Shown one piece after another: positions 1 through 9,785 of a DNA stretch of 64,000 bases (position 1 is the first letter of the stretch; each line of letters starts with the position of its first letter). The DNA lies in assembly GCA_965223265.1 (NCBI GenBank), contig OZ244999.1:4128001-4192000 (forward strand). The letters are read 5' to 3'. Source of the DNA: Planctomycetota bacterium (GTDB taxonomy: Bacteria > Planctomycetota > UBA8108 > SXIK01). A model generated the notes under the pieces. It had not been told where the DNA came from. It did not search any database and worked only from the letters and a program-made list of their open reading frames with translations. The position numbers were made by a program, and so were the translations under genes.

Positions 1-2
1 TC

Positions 3-230
3 CTCAACAGTCTCTTTCTCGGTCAGTCTGCCGACTGCCTGGCGGCTGGCAACGTCAACGGCGACGAAGCGATCGACCTCGCAGACGCCGTGTACTTGTT
101 GATCCACCTTTTCGACAGCGGTCCGCCGCCAAGCGCTCCTTATCCGGAGTGCGGCCCGATCCGCGACGCGAACGCCCCCGTACTCCTTGGCGAGGGCGAT
201 GTGAATTTGTGCCTGAGGAACGGGTGCTGA
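3..230 (+). CDS. 3' end of an exported protein with a C-terminal dockerin-like domain (gene starts before the window)
   Basis: Frame 3 reads LNSLFLG...CLAAGNVNGDEAIDLADAVYLLIHLF...PPSAPYPECGP...C*, the same motif as the other dockerin-like tails in the window. Confidence 0.8.
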   Translation, partial: LNSLFLGQSADCLAAGNVNGDEAIDLADAVYLLIHLFDSGPPPSAPYPECGPIRDANAPVLLGEGDVNLCLRNGC

Positions 231-276
231 GCGAGGCTTCCGAACGATCCACTGCAGCACGTGAACATGGGACAAT

Positions 277-981
277 TCAGCGCGCCGCAATCGCAGCGTC
301 GTCGAAGTCTTCGTTCTCTCGCAGACTTCGCAGTACGCGATATGAAGCGGCCTGCGTCGTCGCCACGAAGGCGGTCGCGAACGCCTTGACGATCGACCGA
401 ACTAAGATGGGAAGAGGTGAGCTCAGGTTCTTGCTCATCGCCTCGGTTGCGACGACGGAAGCCCAGAAGACGACGATCATCGTGAGTATGAAGAGGCGGA
501 AAATCTCCCGTCGATTTCCCTCAGTGAGGATCTGACTCCTCGCAAACGCCTCGCGCACACTCGTGCGCTCGACCGCCGCAACCGGAATCGCCACCCAAAG
601 AGAAGTTGCCACGACGAGACCAGGGAAGAAGAACAACGCGAAAGAGAGAATCGTCGCGGCACCGACGGAGAACCCGACAAGCACGATCCTGAGGAGTCGC
701 GAAAACCCCATGAAAGACCCAAAAGCCAATCGGCCTCGATTCCCATCCTCGTTCCGTAGAACGCCGAGGGTGATCGTGCCCATCGCGATGGGCATTAAAG
801 AGAGTCCGAGGAAGATCGCCGCTCCCCTTGGCTCGGCCGTTCCAGAGTGAACGCAATAGAGGAGAAGGAGCGTCTCCGGTAGATGGACGAGCAGCGCGAC
901 CACCATGAACGGCAAGACGTTCGCCAAGAAGGCTGCAACGGACTTGGCAAAGATGGGGACCGCTGTGAACTTTCTCATCAT
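277..981 (-). CDS. Multi-pass membrane protein of unknown function
   Basis: 234-aa ORF with several hydrophobic helices. Confidence 0.75.
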   Translation of the reverse strand: MMRKFTAVPIFAKSVAAFLANVLPFMVVALLVHLPETLLLLYCVHSGTAEPRGAAIFLGLSLMPIAMGTITLGVLRNEDGNRGRLAFGSFMGFSRLLRIVLVGFSVGAATILSFALFFFPGLVVATSLWVAIPVAAVERTSVREAFARSQILTEGNRREIFRLFILTMIVVFWASVVATEAMSKNLSSPLPILVRSIVKAFATAFVATTQAASYRVLRSLRENEDFDDAAIAAR

Positions 982-1168
982 CGCTGCTGTTCAACGAAGT
1001 GAATCGGAACGAACGGGAGATTGTTGAGCAAGCAGGAGCCGGCTCCCAACCGGAAACGACGATCGGCTTCGCGGTAGGATAAACCGTGCGTCGCCTGACC
1101 TCCATGTGGATGACAAAAAGGGGAGAGCAAGCTCTCCCCTCCTCCGGCAAACAGACTTCTACTGTCGA

Positions 1169-3277
1169 TCAAAACTGACAGCTCTTCGGCTGGGCGCCGC
1201 ACCCCATCGCATTGTCGGCCTCGAGTGTTGCGGGCCCGCACTCGGGGAATGGAGCAACCGGCTCCGCGCTGCCAGCGACGAAGAGGAACGATAACAGCGT
1301 GATCGGATCCGAGATGTCGACACCGTCGTCGCCGTTGACATTGAGCGCGGCTCGGCAACCCGGCTGCGACGGTGTGCTGGAGAAAAGAACGCTCAGCATG
1401 CAGATCGCATCGGAGATGTCAGCGACGCCGTCGTCATTACAGTCGCCACGACTGAACGCGAGTTGTGGTCGAGACTTCTCGAACTGCTGAGCAAGCTCGT
1501 CCGCCATACCGAACCAAGACTGAGCCACGTTCGGTCCCAGAATCCTTCGATCTACGGCGGACATAACCTCGTCCACGAACCGGCGCAAGGCGTCAGCTAA
1601 GCCATTATCGTCGCCCCGCTCGACGGCGAGCGCCGCGAGCTCGATTTCGCGTGCGAGAAGGCGCACGTCGTTCGGCTCGAGAAACGGCGCTGCAAGGATT
1701 TCGCGCAGGAGGGCTTGAGTGATCGAATCAAGTGTGCGCGTCTGCTTCGCCACCCAGCCGTTCGAGAAACCGAACGCACCGCTATCTGGCGTGGCCTCGA
1801 GGAGAGCCCCGCGCGTCGTCGGAAAGTTCGACGACCATGTGAACCCGCTGGCGTACGCATTCCCCGTCTCGTCAACAGAAATGCTCGTGCCGTAATCGCG
1901 CGGGCCGGCGATCAGAAACCCGCCCAGGTTCCCGCCAAGCGTCCGTGAGGAGTCCAGCGTTCGACCACTGGCGGAAACGACCGTCAGGAATGCGTCTGCT
2001 TCGCTGTCGATGAGACCGTTGTCGACGGCCAGGGTCGGGAACCCCGGCCTTCCGACGCCAGTGACGTATGCACGACCAAGACGATCGACGTCGATTTCGT
2101 AGCCGACATCAGCGTTGCCGCCGCCCAAGTAGGTCGAATATCGCAAACGGCGTGCATCGGTGGAAAGCTTCGCGACCCAGGCATCAGAGCCAGTGCCTGA
2201 GGCGCAGCCGCACTCACTCTGGTACGCGTAATCGGTGATGGGAAAGTTGGTCGAGGTCGTGGATCCGGTTGCGTAGATGTTACCGTCGCTATCAAGCGCC
2301 AAGTCATAGATGTCGTCGGAGCGCGAGCCGCCCAGGTAGGTCGAAAAGACAAGCATGTTGAGCCCGATCTTCGACGGATCGATTTTGGCGATCCAGGCGT
2401 CGCTGCCACCTGCGGACTCCTCCGCGTAGACACCGACGGTCGTCGGGAAACCACCTTGCGAACTCCCGCCGACATAGAAGAATCCGCGTTCATCCACTGC
2501 AACTCCCCTGGCGATGTCGCGCCGGTCGCCGCCGAGATAGAAGCCGCTGACCTGAGCGCCACTCTCGTGGAGCAGAGCGACGAAGGCGTCGGTATCGCCG
2601 TTGAACGTGAAGTCGTAGCCGAATTCCGTCACGGCGAAGTCTCCATCCGTGTCGCCGACGATCATGACGCGCCCTCTGGAATCCACGGCGATGTCGAACG
2701 CCTCGTCGTCCCCCGCCCCACCGAGGTACGTCGAGTAAACGATCCTCGTCGCGTCTGCGGTTAACTTGACGACGAAAGCATCACGCGGTGCCCACTCCTC
2801 AGAAGGATCCGTGGCGCCACCACCGAGCTCTGCCTGATGCGCGTTCACGGCCGGAAAATCACCTGAACGAGTCGATCCGGTCACGTAGATGCTACCGTCC
2901 AATCCGACCGCAGCACCGGAGCTCAGGTCGTGACCGCTCCCGCCGACGAAAGAGCCGCCGAGAACGTTTCGGCCGTCGGGGGTGAGGCGCAGGACGAAGA
3001 CGTCGCTCTGCCCGCAGTTTCCGAAGCCATCGCAGCCGTCACGGCCGATGGCTCCCATCAAATCCGCTGAGCTCGTGGAACCGACGACGACAACGTTGCC
3101 GTCCGGCGCCACCACGACGGCAGACACTTCGTCTCCTGCGCCACCACCGAAGTATGTACTGAACTCGATCTCCGCCGTGAGACGATGACCGGTCAATGCG
3201 ATGATCAACAGAGCTGAGAGCGCGGCGGCAAGCGGGTGACCCGGGCGGGAGGTTGCGGGCAGGCTTGAACGAAACAT
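1169..3277 (-). CDS. Exported SBBP-type beta-propeller repeat protein with a helical (FIMAH-like) domain and C-terminal dockerin-like domain
   Basis: AAGGAG before ATG at 3277; signal peptide; repeated YSTYLGG..D....IAVD..G..YVTG.T.S.FP units; FSRGDCNDDG..DISDAI tail. Confidence 0.85.
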   Translation of the reverse strand: MFRSSLPATSRPGHPLAAALSALLIIALTGHRLTAEIEFSTYFGGGAGDEVSAVVVAPDGNVVVVGSTSSADLMGAIGRDGCDGFGNCGQSDVFVLRLTPDGRNVLGGSFVGGSGHDLSSGAAVGLDGSIYVTGSTRSGDFPAVNAHQAELGGGATDPSEEWAPRDAFVVKLTADATRIVYSTYLGGAGDDEAFDIAVDSRGRVMIVGDTDGDFAVTEFGYDFTFNGDTDAFVALLHESGAQVSGFYLGGDRRDIARGVAVDERGFFYVGGSSQGGFPTTVGVYAEESAGGSDAWIAKIDPSKIGLNMLVFSTYLGGSRSDDIYDLALDSDGNIYATGSTTSTNFPITDYAYQSECGCASGTGSDAWVAKLSTDARRLRYSTYLGGGNADVGYEIDVDRLGRAYVTGVGRPGFPTLAVDNGLIDSEADAFLTVVSASGRTLDSSRTLGGNLGGFLIAGPRDYGTSISVDETGNAYASGFTWSSNFPTTRGALLEATPDSGAFGFSNGWVAKQTRTLDSITQALLREILAAPFLEPNDVRLLAREIELAALAVERGDDNGLADALRRFVDEVMSAVDRRILGPNVAQSWFGMADELAQQFEKSRPQLAFSRGDCNDDGVADISDAICMLSVLFSSTPSQPGCRAALNVNGDDGVDISDPITLLSFLFVAGSAEPVAPFPECGPATLEADNAMGCGAQPKSCQF

Positions 3278-3605
3278 GTCATTTCTCCTTGGAAGTCGTG
3301 AACCAGTGCAACGGGACGCGCCACGCGTCCTCACGCACCTGGGGGCGACAACGGCGGGTCGATTGGCTCACGGTTTTTGTGAGAATCTTGATTCCGCCTC
3401 GACCGGGGCGGCGGGCGGAGCTCCTCGTGCCGCAGGAAGATCACCTTAGCGCTTGCGGCGTAAAGACTTAGCTCCTGGGTGAGGGGGATGAAGCAGAGGC
3501 AGATACAGATCGCGCTTGGTGAGGCTTGTCGATGTGCCGTGTTCGACCAATTCGGACCATCGACCGAACTGGCGTCCGTTGGTGACCCGCGTCCTCCACG
3601 CACGC

Positions 3606-3860
3606 GCACACGGAGAGGCTGTGAAGGTTTAACACGTGCCGTCAAAACTTGCGCTCCGCACGGTCGCCTCCCGAACGGCACGAATTCTTTAACTGCTGTT
3701 GCAGCTCGCAGACATCCGGAACGGCACACGGCGTGTGCCTGCTACTATAAAGACGTCACCGATACGCTTTTCAAAGTAGCAGGCACACGCCGTGTGCCGT
3801 TCCGGAGAGTTGCGACGGCAAGTTTCGAAAACTTCACAGCCTCGGAGTGTGCCTGCTACT
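3606..3860. repeat. Cluster of GTAG-type REP-like palindromes containing a MITE-like insert (~3615-3843)
   Basis: Inverted pair of AGTAGCAGGCACACGCCGTGTGCCGT at 3721-3746 and 3775-3800; split copy at 3606-3615/3843-3860; inverted ends GAGGCTGTGAAG...CTTCACAGCCTC. Confidence 0.8.
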
Positions 3861-3985
3861 TGAGCACTCGCACACCCGCACCCACGCTCACACCCACACG
3901 CACACCGAGTCCAAGACGCCTACACGACAGAGCAGAACGTCAGACTCCGCGCTGGTTCCCGTCGACTGTGCTTTCCCCGCAAAGC

Positions 3986-6115
3986 TTAGAATTCACAGCT
4001 CTTTGGCCGCGTGGCGCAGCCGACCGCACCGTCGGCATCGAGTGTTGTCGGTCCGCACCAAGGAAACGGAGCTACCGGCGGTGCGCTGTCGGCAACGAAG
4101 AGAAAATTGAGCAGCGCGATCGGATCCGAGATATCGACGCCGGCGTCACCGTTGACGTTCAGCGCAGCCTGGCAGATCGGCTCCGAGCCAGTGTTGGTGA
4201 ACAGTGCGTTCAGCGTGCAAACCGCATCAGAGATGTCAGCGTCACCGTCGTCGTTGCAGTCGCCACGACGGAGGATGATCGCTGGCAGCGACTTCTCAAG
4301 CTGCAGCGTCATTTCGCTGAGCAAATCAAGCCAGGCCTCCGCCGCGCTTGGGGTCAACCTGCGCTCATCCACAACCGTCTCGACCGCAATTGCGAACCGC
4401 CGCAGCGCGTCGAAAAACTCGTCGAGGTCGCCGCGCTCAGCAGCCAGAACGGCGAGTTCGATCTCTCGGGCCAGGAGACGGACGTCTTCGGGTTCGAGAA
4501 AGGGTCCCGCTTCGACTTCACGCGTGAGAGCGTCGCTCACCGAGTGCAGGTCGCCGCGCGCCTGCTTCACAAGCCAACCGTCGAAGTAACCAACGGAACC
4601 ATCATCCGCAGGCTCCTCAAGAAGAGCGCCGCTCGTCGTCGGGAAGTTCGAAGACCACGAGAGTCCACCAGCGTAGACGCAGCCGCCCTCATCGACCGCG
4701 ATGCTCCTGCCGAGATCGAGCGGCTCTAAGAGGAAACCCCCGCCCTCCGCCCCTCCCAGAGTCCTCGACGACTGGAGTGTTCGCCCGGTAGCGGAGACGA
4801 CGGCGATGAACGCATCTCCCTTAATGTCGATGAAGCTATTCTCCGGGGGGACCGGAAATCCCGGTCGTGCGGCTCCGGTAACGTATGCCCTGCCAAAGCT
4901 GTCCACGTCGACTCGCTTGCCAGTGTCAGCACCGCCGCCGCCCAAATAAGACAAATAGACGAGTGCACGCCCGTTGGCGGAGATCTTTCCGACCCAGGCG
5001 TCCGCCCCACTTTCAGGAGAGAGATCGCAGCCGCACTCACGCTGAAACGCAAAGTCCGTCACGGGAAGGTCGCTCGAGGCGGTGTCGCCCGTCGCGTAGA
5101 TATTCCCATCCGGGCCGATCTCGAGACCAAAGATGTGATCCGGTCCCGTGCCGCCCAGATATGTCGAAAAGACGAGCATGTTGAGACCGATCTTCGTCGG
5201 GTCGATCTTGGCGACCCAACCGTCGACGCTGCCGATTCTGTTCTCCTCGTAGACGCCGGTCGTGGTCGGAAACCCTCCCTCGGTATCTCCACCAACGTAA
5301 AAGAAGCCCTGCGCATCTACGGCAGCGCCTTGGGCCGTATCTTCGCGATCACCGCCGAGATAGAAACCACTGTACTGGACGCCGTTTTCGAGGAACAGAG
5401 CGACGAACCCGTCGGTACGTCCACCGTTGTATGTGAAGTCGAAGCCGAATTCGGTCACTGCAAAATCGCCATCCGTTGCGCCGACAATCATGACGCGTCC
5501 CTGGGGGTTGACGGCGATGTCGAATGCCTCGTCGTTTCCCGGACCGCCGAGATAGGTCGAGTAGACGATGGTCGTCGCGTCCGCGGTCAGCTTGACGACA
5601 ACGGCGTCCCGCGGCGGTTGCTCTTGAGAAGGGTCTGTTGCCCCGTCGCCAAGCTCGCTCTGATGCGCCGCGACGGTCGGAAAGTCACCCGATCGAGTGA
5701 ATCCCGTCACGTAAATGCTGCCATCGGCACCTATGGCCACGCCCGTGGCTTCGTCGAAACTGCTGCCACCGATGCGGCTCCCGCCCTCCAAAATCTGACT
5801 TCCGTCTGGACTGACCCGTAGGACGAAGATGTCGCCCTGGCCACAGTTTCCGAAGCTGTTGCACCCCTCCTGCGTCAAGACCCCCATCACACTTTCCGAA
5901 CTGCTGGTACCGACGACAACCAAGTTGCCGTCCGGTGCCACAGCGACCGCGTTGATGGTGTCGCCGGAAGGGCCACCGAAGTAGGTACTGAAGTCGATCT
6001 CCGCGGCGACGAGGCGGAACACGCCGAGCCCAGCAGTTCCAGCCGTGAGTGTTACCAGAATGACCGCGAGCCGGCGAAAGTGAACAAGTGAGGGCATGGT
6101 TGACGCACAGAGCAT
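3986..6115 (-). CDS. Exported SBBP beta-propeller protein with dockerin-like domain; tandem paralog of 1169-3277
   Basis: AAGGAG before ATG at 6115; colinear with the downstream paralog, including the shared KIGLNMLVFSTYLGG segment. Confidence 0.85.
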   Translation of the reverse strand: MLCASTMPSLVHFRRLAVILVTLTAGTAGLGVFRLVAAEIDFSTYFGGPSGDTINAVAVAPDGNLVVVGTSSSESVMGVLTQEGCNSFGNCGQGDIFVLRVSPDGSQILEGGSRIGGSSFDEATGVAIGADGSIYVTGFTRSGDFPTVAAHQSELGDGATDPSQEQPPRDAVVVKLTADATTIVYSTYLGGPGNDEAFDIAVNPQGRVMIVGATDGDFAVTEFGFDFTYNGGRTDGFVALFLENGVQYSGFYLGGDREDTAQGAAVDAQGFFYVGGDTEGGFPTTTGVYEENRIGSVDGWVAKIDPTKIGLNMLVFSTYLGGTGPDHIFGLEIGPDGNIYATGDTASSDLPVTDFAFQRECGCDLSPESGADAWVGKISANGRALVYLSYLGGGGADTGKRVDVDSFGRAYVTGAARPGFPVPPENSFIDIKGDAFIAVVSATGRTLQSSRTLGGAEGGGFLLEPLDLGRSIAVDEGGCVYAGGLSWSSNFPTTSGALLEEPADDGSVGYFDGWLVKQARGDLHSVSDALTREVEAGPFLEPEDVRLLAREIELAVLAAERGDLDEFFDALRRFAIAVETVVDERRLTPSAAEAWLDLLSEMTLQLEKSLPAIILRRGDCNDDGDADISDAVCTLNALFTNTGSEPICQAALNVNGDAGVDISDPIALLNFLFVADSAPPVAPFPWCGPTTLDADGAVGCATRPKSCEF

Positions 6116-6621
6116 GTGGTTCTCCTTGGCGGGTAGCAGACCGCTAGACAGGAATGCACTCCGCGTGCCTCGCTCTTGACGAGTCAACGAGTCGCGCATT
6201 CGCTCCTGGCCTTGCTGCACAAACACGTGAGTAGAAATCAAATGGCCTAAGCGCATCCCCCTCCGCACGCCGCTCGATCCTTGCAGCATTCTGCCATAAA
6301 ACGTGAGCGCACGGGCCCAAGAACCGGGGCGACCGCCTGTCTGATGACGACGGAGAGTAATCCGCGGCGGCCGAGCGAGCTCCGTTCCTCTTTCTGATGG
6401 ACCGTCGCGACCTGTCTGTATCGCGAGCGCGAACTCGTCATGACTCAACGCACGTCCTGCTACCGCAGCGGGTGCCAGCGTCTGACCACCGCGGACGCAT
6501 CAACCACTGCCGCAACAGAGTCCGGGCTTCACGACAGCGTGCAAGAGAACGCGTGGGACGATGTCGATCCACCATCGAAGGCCGACGTGAGTCCGCCCCT
6601 GCCCTTGCGCTCGAGCTCAAC

Positions 6622-6665
6622 AAAAAAGACTCGAACCCGAAGAGTTCGGGTTCGAGTCTTTTCTT
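6622..6665. terminator. Intrinsic terminator, possibly bidirectional, downstream of the porin gene
   Basis: AAAAGACTCGAACCCGA...TCGGGTTCGAGTCTTTT stem flanked by A/T tracts. Confidence 0.8.
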
Positions 6666-6765
6666 CGCCTTTGAGGCCGAGCTTCGCAGCTTGCTGCGAC
6701 GTCACCTGGAGCGACAGCGCGGAGCCCCGTGTGGACTCAACGCCAGTTCGCGCCAACGCCAAAGT

Positions 6766-8121
6766 TCAGAACTTCAACTCTGCCTGCAACCAGTAACGCT
6801 GAATATCGCCGCCAGCGAGTACCGACTCGCCTTCAAACACGGCGAGCTTGGCAAGTACGGCAAGATTCTTCGTAATCGCTTTGCGCAGCGCTGCATCAAA
6901 TTCGACACCGAAATCTCGGCTCCTGTCTTCAGAGAAGAACATGTGAAAAACCGCCTGGAACTTCATGTCCCAGGGAAGCGGCGCTCTGACGTACGCGTAG
7001 AGATCTTCCAGTCCGTCGGGAGGCGTGACCAAAAACTTGTCGGCCCAACCGTTGAACTTGTGCAGCGTGGCCAGTGGGGTACTGAAGGACGCGGCGCCCC
7101 CATCGCTGCTCAGCACCTCGTAGCCAACGCCAAACGTGCCAACGCCTTTGACTCCGACGTTCCCTTCGAGAAGAAGATAGTGAGCCTTGTAGTCGTTCGG
7201 ATTGTCCCCCGCGTCGACCTGATAGGCGTAGGACAGTATGTAGCCGAAGCTCAGTTTCTCCTCTTGAAACTTCTGCGTTCCGTTCAGGCGGAGACCGACA
7301 GTGTTCGAAGAGTTCACGTCAGAATTGGGAAGGTCGATCAAGTAGCCAAAGCCAGTCAACGTCCCTACCGGGAGGCCGGAGTAGGACGCGCGGATCAAAT
7401 GCGAGTCTGATTTGAAATCGCGACCGGCGTCAGGCCCAAAGATCCGGTTCACTTCGTCAATGTACCCATAGTAAAGCGACAGATCTTCGACCCAATCAGA
7501 TTGGATCGTGAGGGCGTCATAGGTCTGTTCATTCTGGCGCCACCCGACGTTGCCGACGAACCTGGCGTCGTCGAGAATGATGCGTTGCCGTCCAATCTTT
7601 CCGGTGAAGAAGTCGTGATCGTAGCGAATAAAGGCACGGTTTAGCTCCGTGTTCTCCGGGTCAGCGATCACAGTCTTTCCGGGTTCACCGTTGAGACCCG
7701 CGGCGTTGTAGAGGTCCTCGTCCGCCGAACGCGTATCTTCGAACTCCAAGAAGCCCGAGAATCCATAGAACGGTTTCGTCCCGTATCCGAGACGAAGCCG
7801 TTCCGTGTACGCTTGTGAAGTGTCGAGTCCTTCTTGTTCAGCGATCTCCACACGAGCTCGGAGGTCGAAACTCAGCTTTCCATTGATGATGGAATCCATA
7901 AATGAGTGCCAGACGCTCGCCTCTTCGCCACCAGAAGCGGGCCCCGCCACCTCTCCCGGTGCCGTTTCTTGAGGTGCTTGCCCTTGCAGCGAAGCGGCTT
8001 CCACACGCGGTGGCACGCTAGCTGCCTGGTCGCTGGGTTCAGCAACCACCGGACCGAGCGCCCAGAAAAGAAGGACTAAGGAAACAATCTGAAAGATTGG
8101 GTTGGAAATCGTCTTTTTCAT
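6766..8121 (-). CDS. Outer-membrane beta-barrel, alginate-export (AlgE-like) porin family
   Basis: Signal peptide; GRQRIILDDARFVGNVGWRQNEQTYDA and TPLATLHKFNGWAD motifs; C-terminal ...LQAELKF. Confidence 0.8.
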   Translation of the reverse strand: MKKTISNPIFQIVSLVLLFWALGPVVAEPSDQAASVPPRVEAASLQGQAPQETAPGEVAGPASGGEEASVWHSFMDSIINGKLSFDLRARVEIAEQEGLDTSQAYTERLRLGYGTKPFYGFSGFLEFEDTRSADEDLYNAAGLNGEPGKTVIADPENTELNRAFIRYDHDFFTGKIGRQRIILDDARFVGNVGWRQNEQTYDALTIQSDWVEDLSLYYGYIDEVNRIFGPDAGRDFKSDSHLIRASYSGLPVGTLTGFGYLIDLPNSDVNSSNTVGLRLNGTQKFQEEKLSFGYILSYAYQVDAGDNPNDYKAHYLLLEGNVGVKGVGTFGVGYEVLSSDGGAASFSTPLATLHKFNGWADKFLVTPPDGLEDLYAYVRAPLPWDMKFQAVFHMFFSEDRSRDFGVEFDAALRKAITKNLAVLAKLAVFEGESVLAGGDIQRYWLQAELKF

Positions 8122-8129
8122 GATTTCGC

Positions 8130-9263
8130 CTAGCCTTTCCTGCCAAGCACCTTGTTCAGGCGTTTGGTGAGCTCCGCGAAACGCCCTTCCAGCGTCGAGC
8201 AGTGCACCGCTGCTTCCTCGGCAACCATGGCGCTGTCCTCGGCGCGGCGGGAGATGGCGTCGAAAGCCTGAGCGCGCTTTCTCGACAGACGTCGTTCCTC
8301 ATGTGGGTCGATGACGCTCTCGCCGTCTGCAGTGACGGCCTGTTTCGCCATGACGACGTCGGCTGACGATCTGCACGTCTCGAGCTGACCTTCGGCACCA
8401 CTGAGGAGCTTACGACTACAACCGACCACTTCGTCGATCGTCTCTGAGAAAGCGGTGATCTCTTCGGCTGACTTCTGAACCGGGTTGATGACCGATCTAC
8501 CCAAGATGAAGAAGAGCAACGTGAAACCGATCACAAACGTGGCTGCAAGGCCGAGGAGGAGATTGGTCTTGCCGGACGCGGCGAGAGCCTGAACCTTCTT
8601 CAGAGGCACGTTGACTTCGATCGCTCCCATGAGCTGATGAAGCTCCCACTGCTTCCCCGGCGTGACTCCAGCTTTGGACCGCATCGCCATGATCTCAGGC
8701 TTCTTCTCCCAATCGTTGTGGCAACTTACACACGCTGCCGCAGACGCTGGGTCGGCTCTCATGTAGCGCAGAACGTCTTGTCCGTTCACGCTCTCGACTC
8801 GATAGGCAGGAAGCCACTCGTGACCTTTCGCTCCAGGGTTGCCTGTATGGCTCTCGTCCTGCTTGACCAACTCTTCCCACGCCCACTGCTGGAAGTCGTC
8901 TTTCAGGCCTTGATCTTGGTTAAGATTCCATTGACTCACCAGACCATATGAATAGAGCCCTTTTGCCTGCTCCGCGACGCGCATCGAGACGAATCTCACG
9001 AACTGAGCAGGAAGCTCCACGAAGCCCTTCTTCCCAAAGTCGTTGCGTGCTGCCCCGAAACCATCGCGCTTGAGTTTGCCAACGACGTTTTCGGTGTACT
9101 CGGCGCGGTCCGCTACAACCTGATTGGAGACGACTTCTGCGACTCGGAGAGCCTCCTCCTGGATGAGCTGATTGTTAGACCGCTCGACGATCAGATTGGT
9201 CGCTATCATCACGGCGGCCGCGATGCCTACGATCGATAGCACGAATTTTGCTCGAATACCCAT
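8130..9263 (-). CDS. Membrane sensor with periplasmic Tll0287/DUF3365-like c-type heme domain and a short cytoplasmic coiled coil
   Basis: Two TM helices flanking a domain with LPAQF, LRYMRAD..CVSCH and LMGAIEVNVP; no kinase, cyclase or complete MCP domain visible. Confidence 0.75.
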   Translation of the reverse strand: MGIRAKFVLSIVGIAAAVMIATNLIVERSNNQLIQEEALRVAEVVSNQVVADRAEYTENVVGKLKRDGFGAARNDFGKKGFVELPAQFVRFVSMRVAEQAKGLYSYGLVSQWNLNQDQGLKDDFQQWAWEELVKQDESHTGNPGAKGHEWLPAYRVESVNGQDVLRYMRADPASAAACVSCHNDWEKKPEIMAMRSKAGVTPGKQWELHQLMGAIEVNVPLKKVQALAASGKTNLLLGLAATFVIGFTLLFFILGRSVINPVQKSAEEITAFSETIDEVVGCSRKLLSGAEGQLETCRSSADVVMAKQAVTADGESVIDPHEERRLSRKRAQAFDAISRRAEDSAMVAEEAAVHCSTLEGRFAELTKRLNKVLGRKG

Positions 9264-9283
9264 GGTCTACGTTCTCCTAGGAT

Positions 9284-9517
9284 TCACAGAATCTTGTCGA
9301 TCTCCGAGTTCAACCGTTCTTGATCAGGCTTTCTCGGGACATTGAGAGTGATCGATCCAGCAAGGAAGGGCCGGATCGTTCGAAAATCGTCTGCCGTAAC
9401 GTTACTTGGGGTCTTGCCGCAGCGCTTAAGCTGCCGTTCGAGCGCAAGACTCGCCTTGTCCCGGTCCATGTACTGCGTCATGGCCTCAAAGACAGCGGTG
9501 TAAACGGTGCTTTCCAT
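9284..9517 (-). CDS. Small hypothetical protein (77 aa)
   Basis: GGAGG RBS; co-oriented and tightly spaced with the heme sensor gene. Confidence 0.7.
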   Translation of the reverse strand: MESTVYTAVFEAMTQYMDRDKASLALERQLKRCGKTPSNVTADDFRTIRPFLAGSITLNVPRKPDQERLNSEIDKIL

Positions 9518-9785
9518 GTTCCTCCACCTGATGCTTCTCGTGGAAAGGGTTTGAGTTCGAAGGATCGTCGAGGTGCTCCAGCTATCGGTGGGAAACTCAC
9601 AAAAGTTCGCAACTAGATGCCTCTACGCCTGTTTTTTTCCTTTTCGGAACGTCTGTGAGCCGAGCGGTAGGTGCCCAAGGCGCTTTTTTCGTCAACCCTC
9701 TTCCACGCTTTCGGGTAGACCTATCGTGTGGGCTACGAAGCCCACCCTCAGCACGCGCACGGCGCATGCAAGCATCTGGGGAGTC

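Noticed and set aside
6116-6448. 111-aa N-terminal extension of the 3986 gene given by the ORF track
   Set aside because: The RBS, signal peptide and paralog alignment all support the start at 6115
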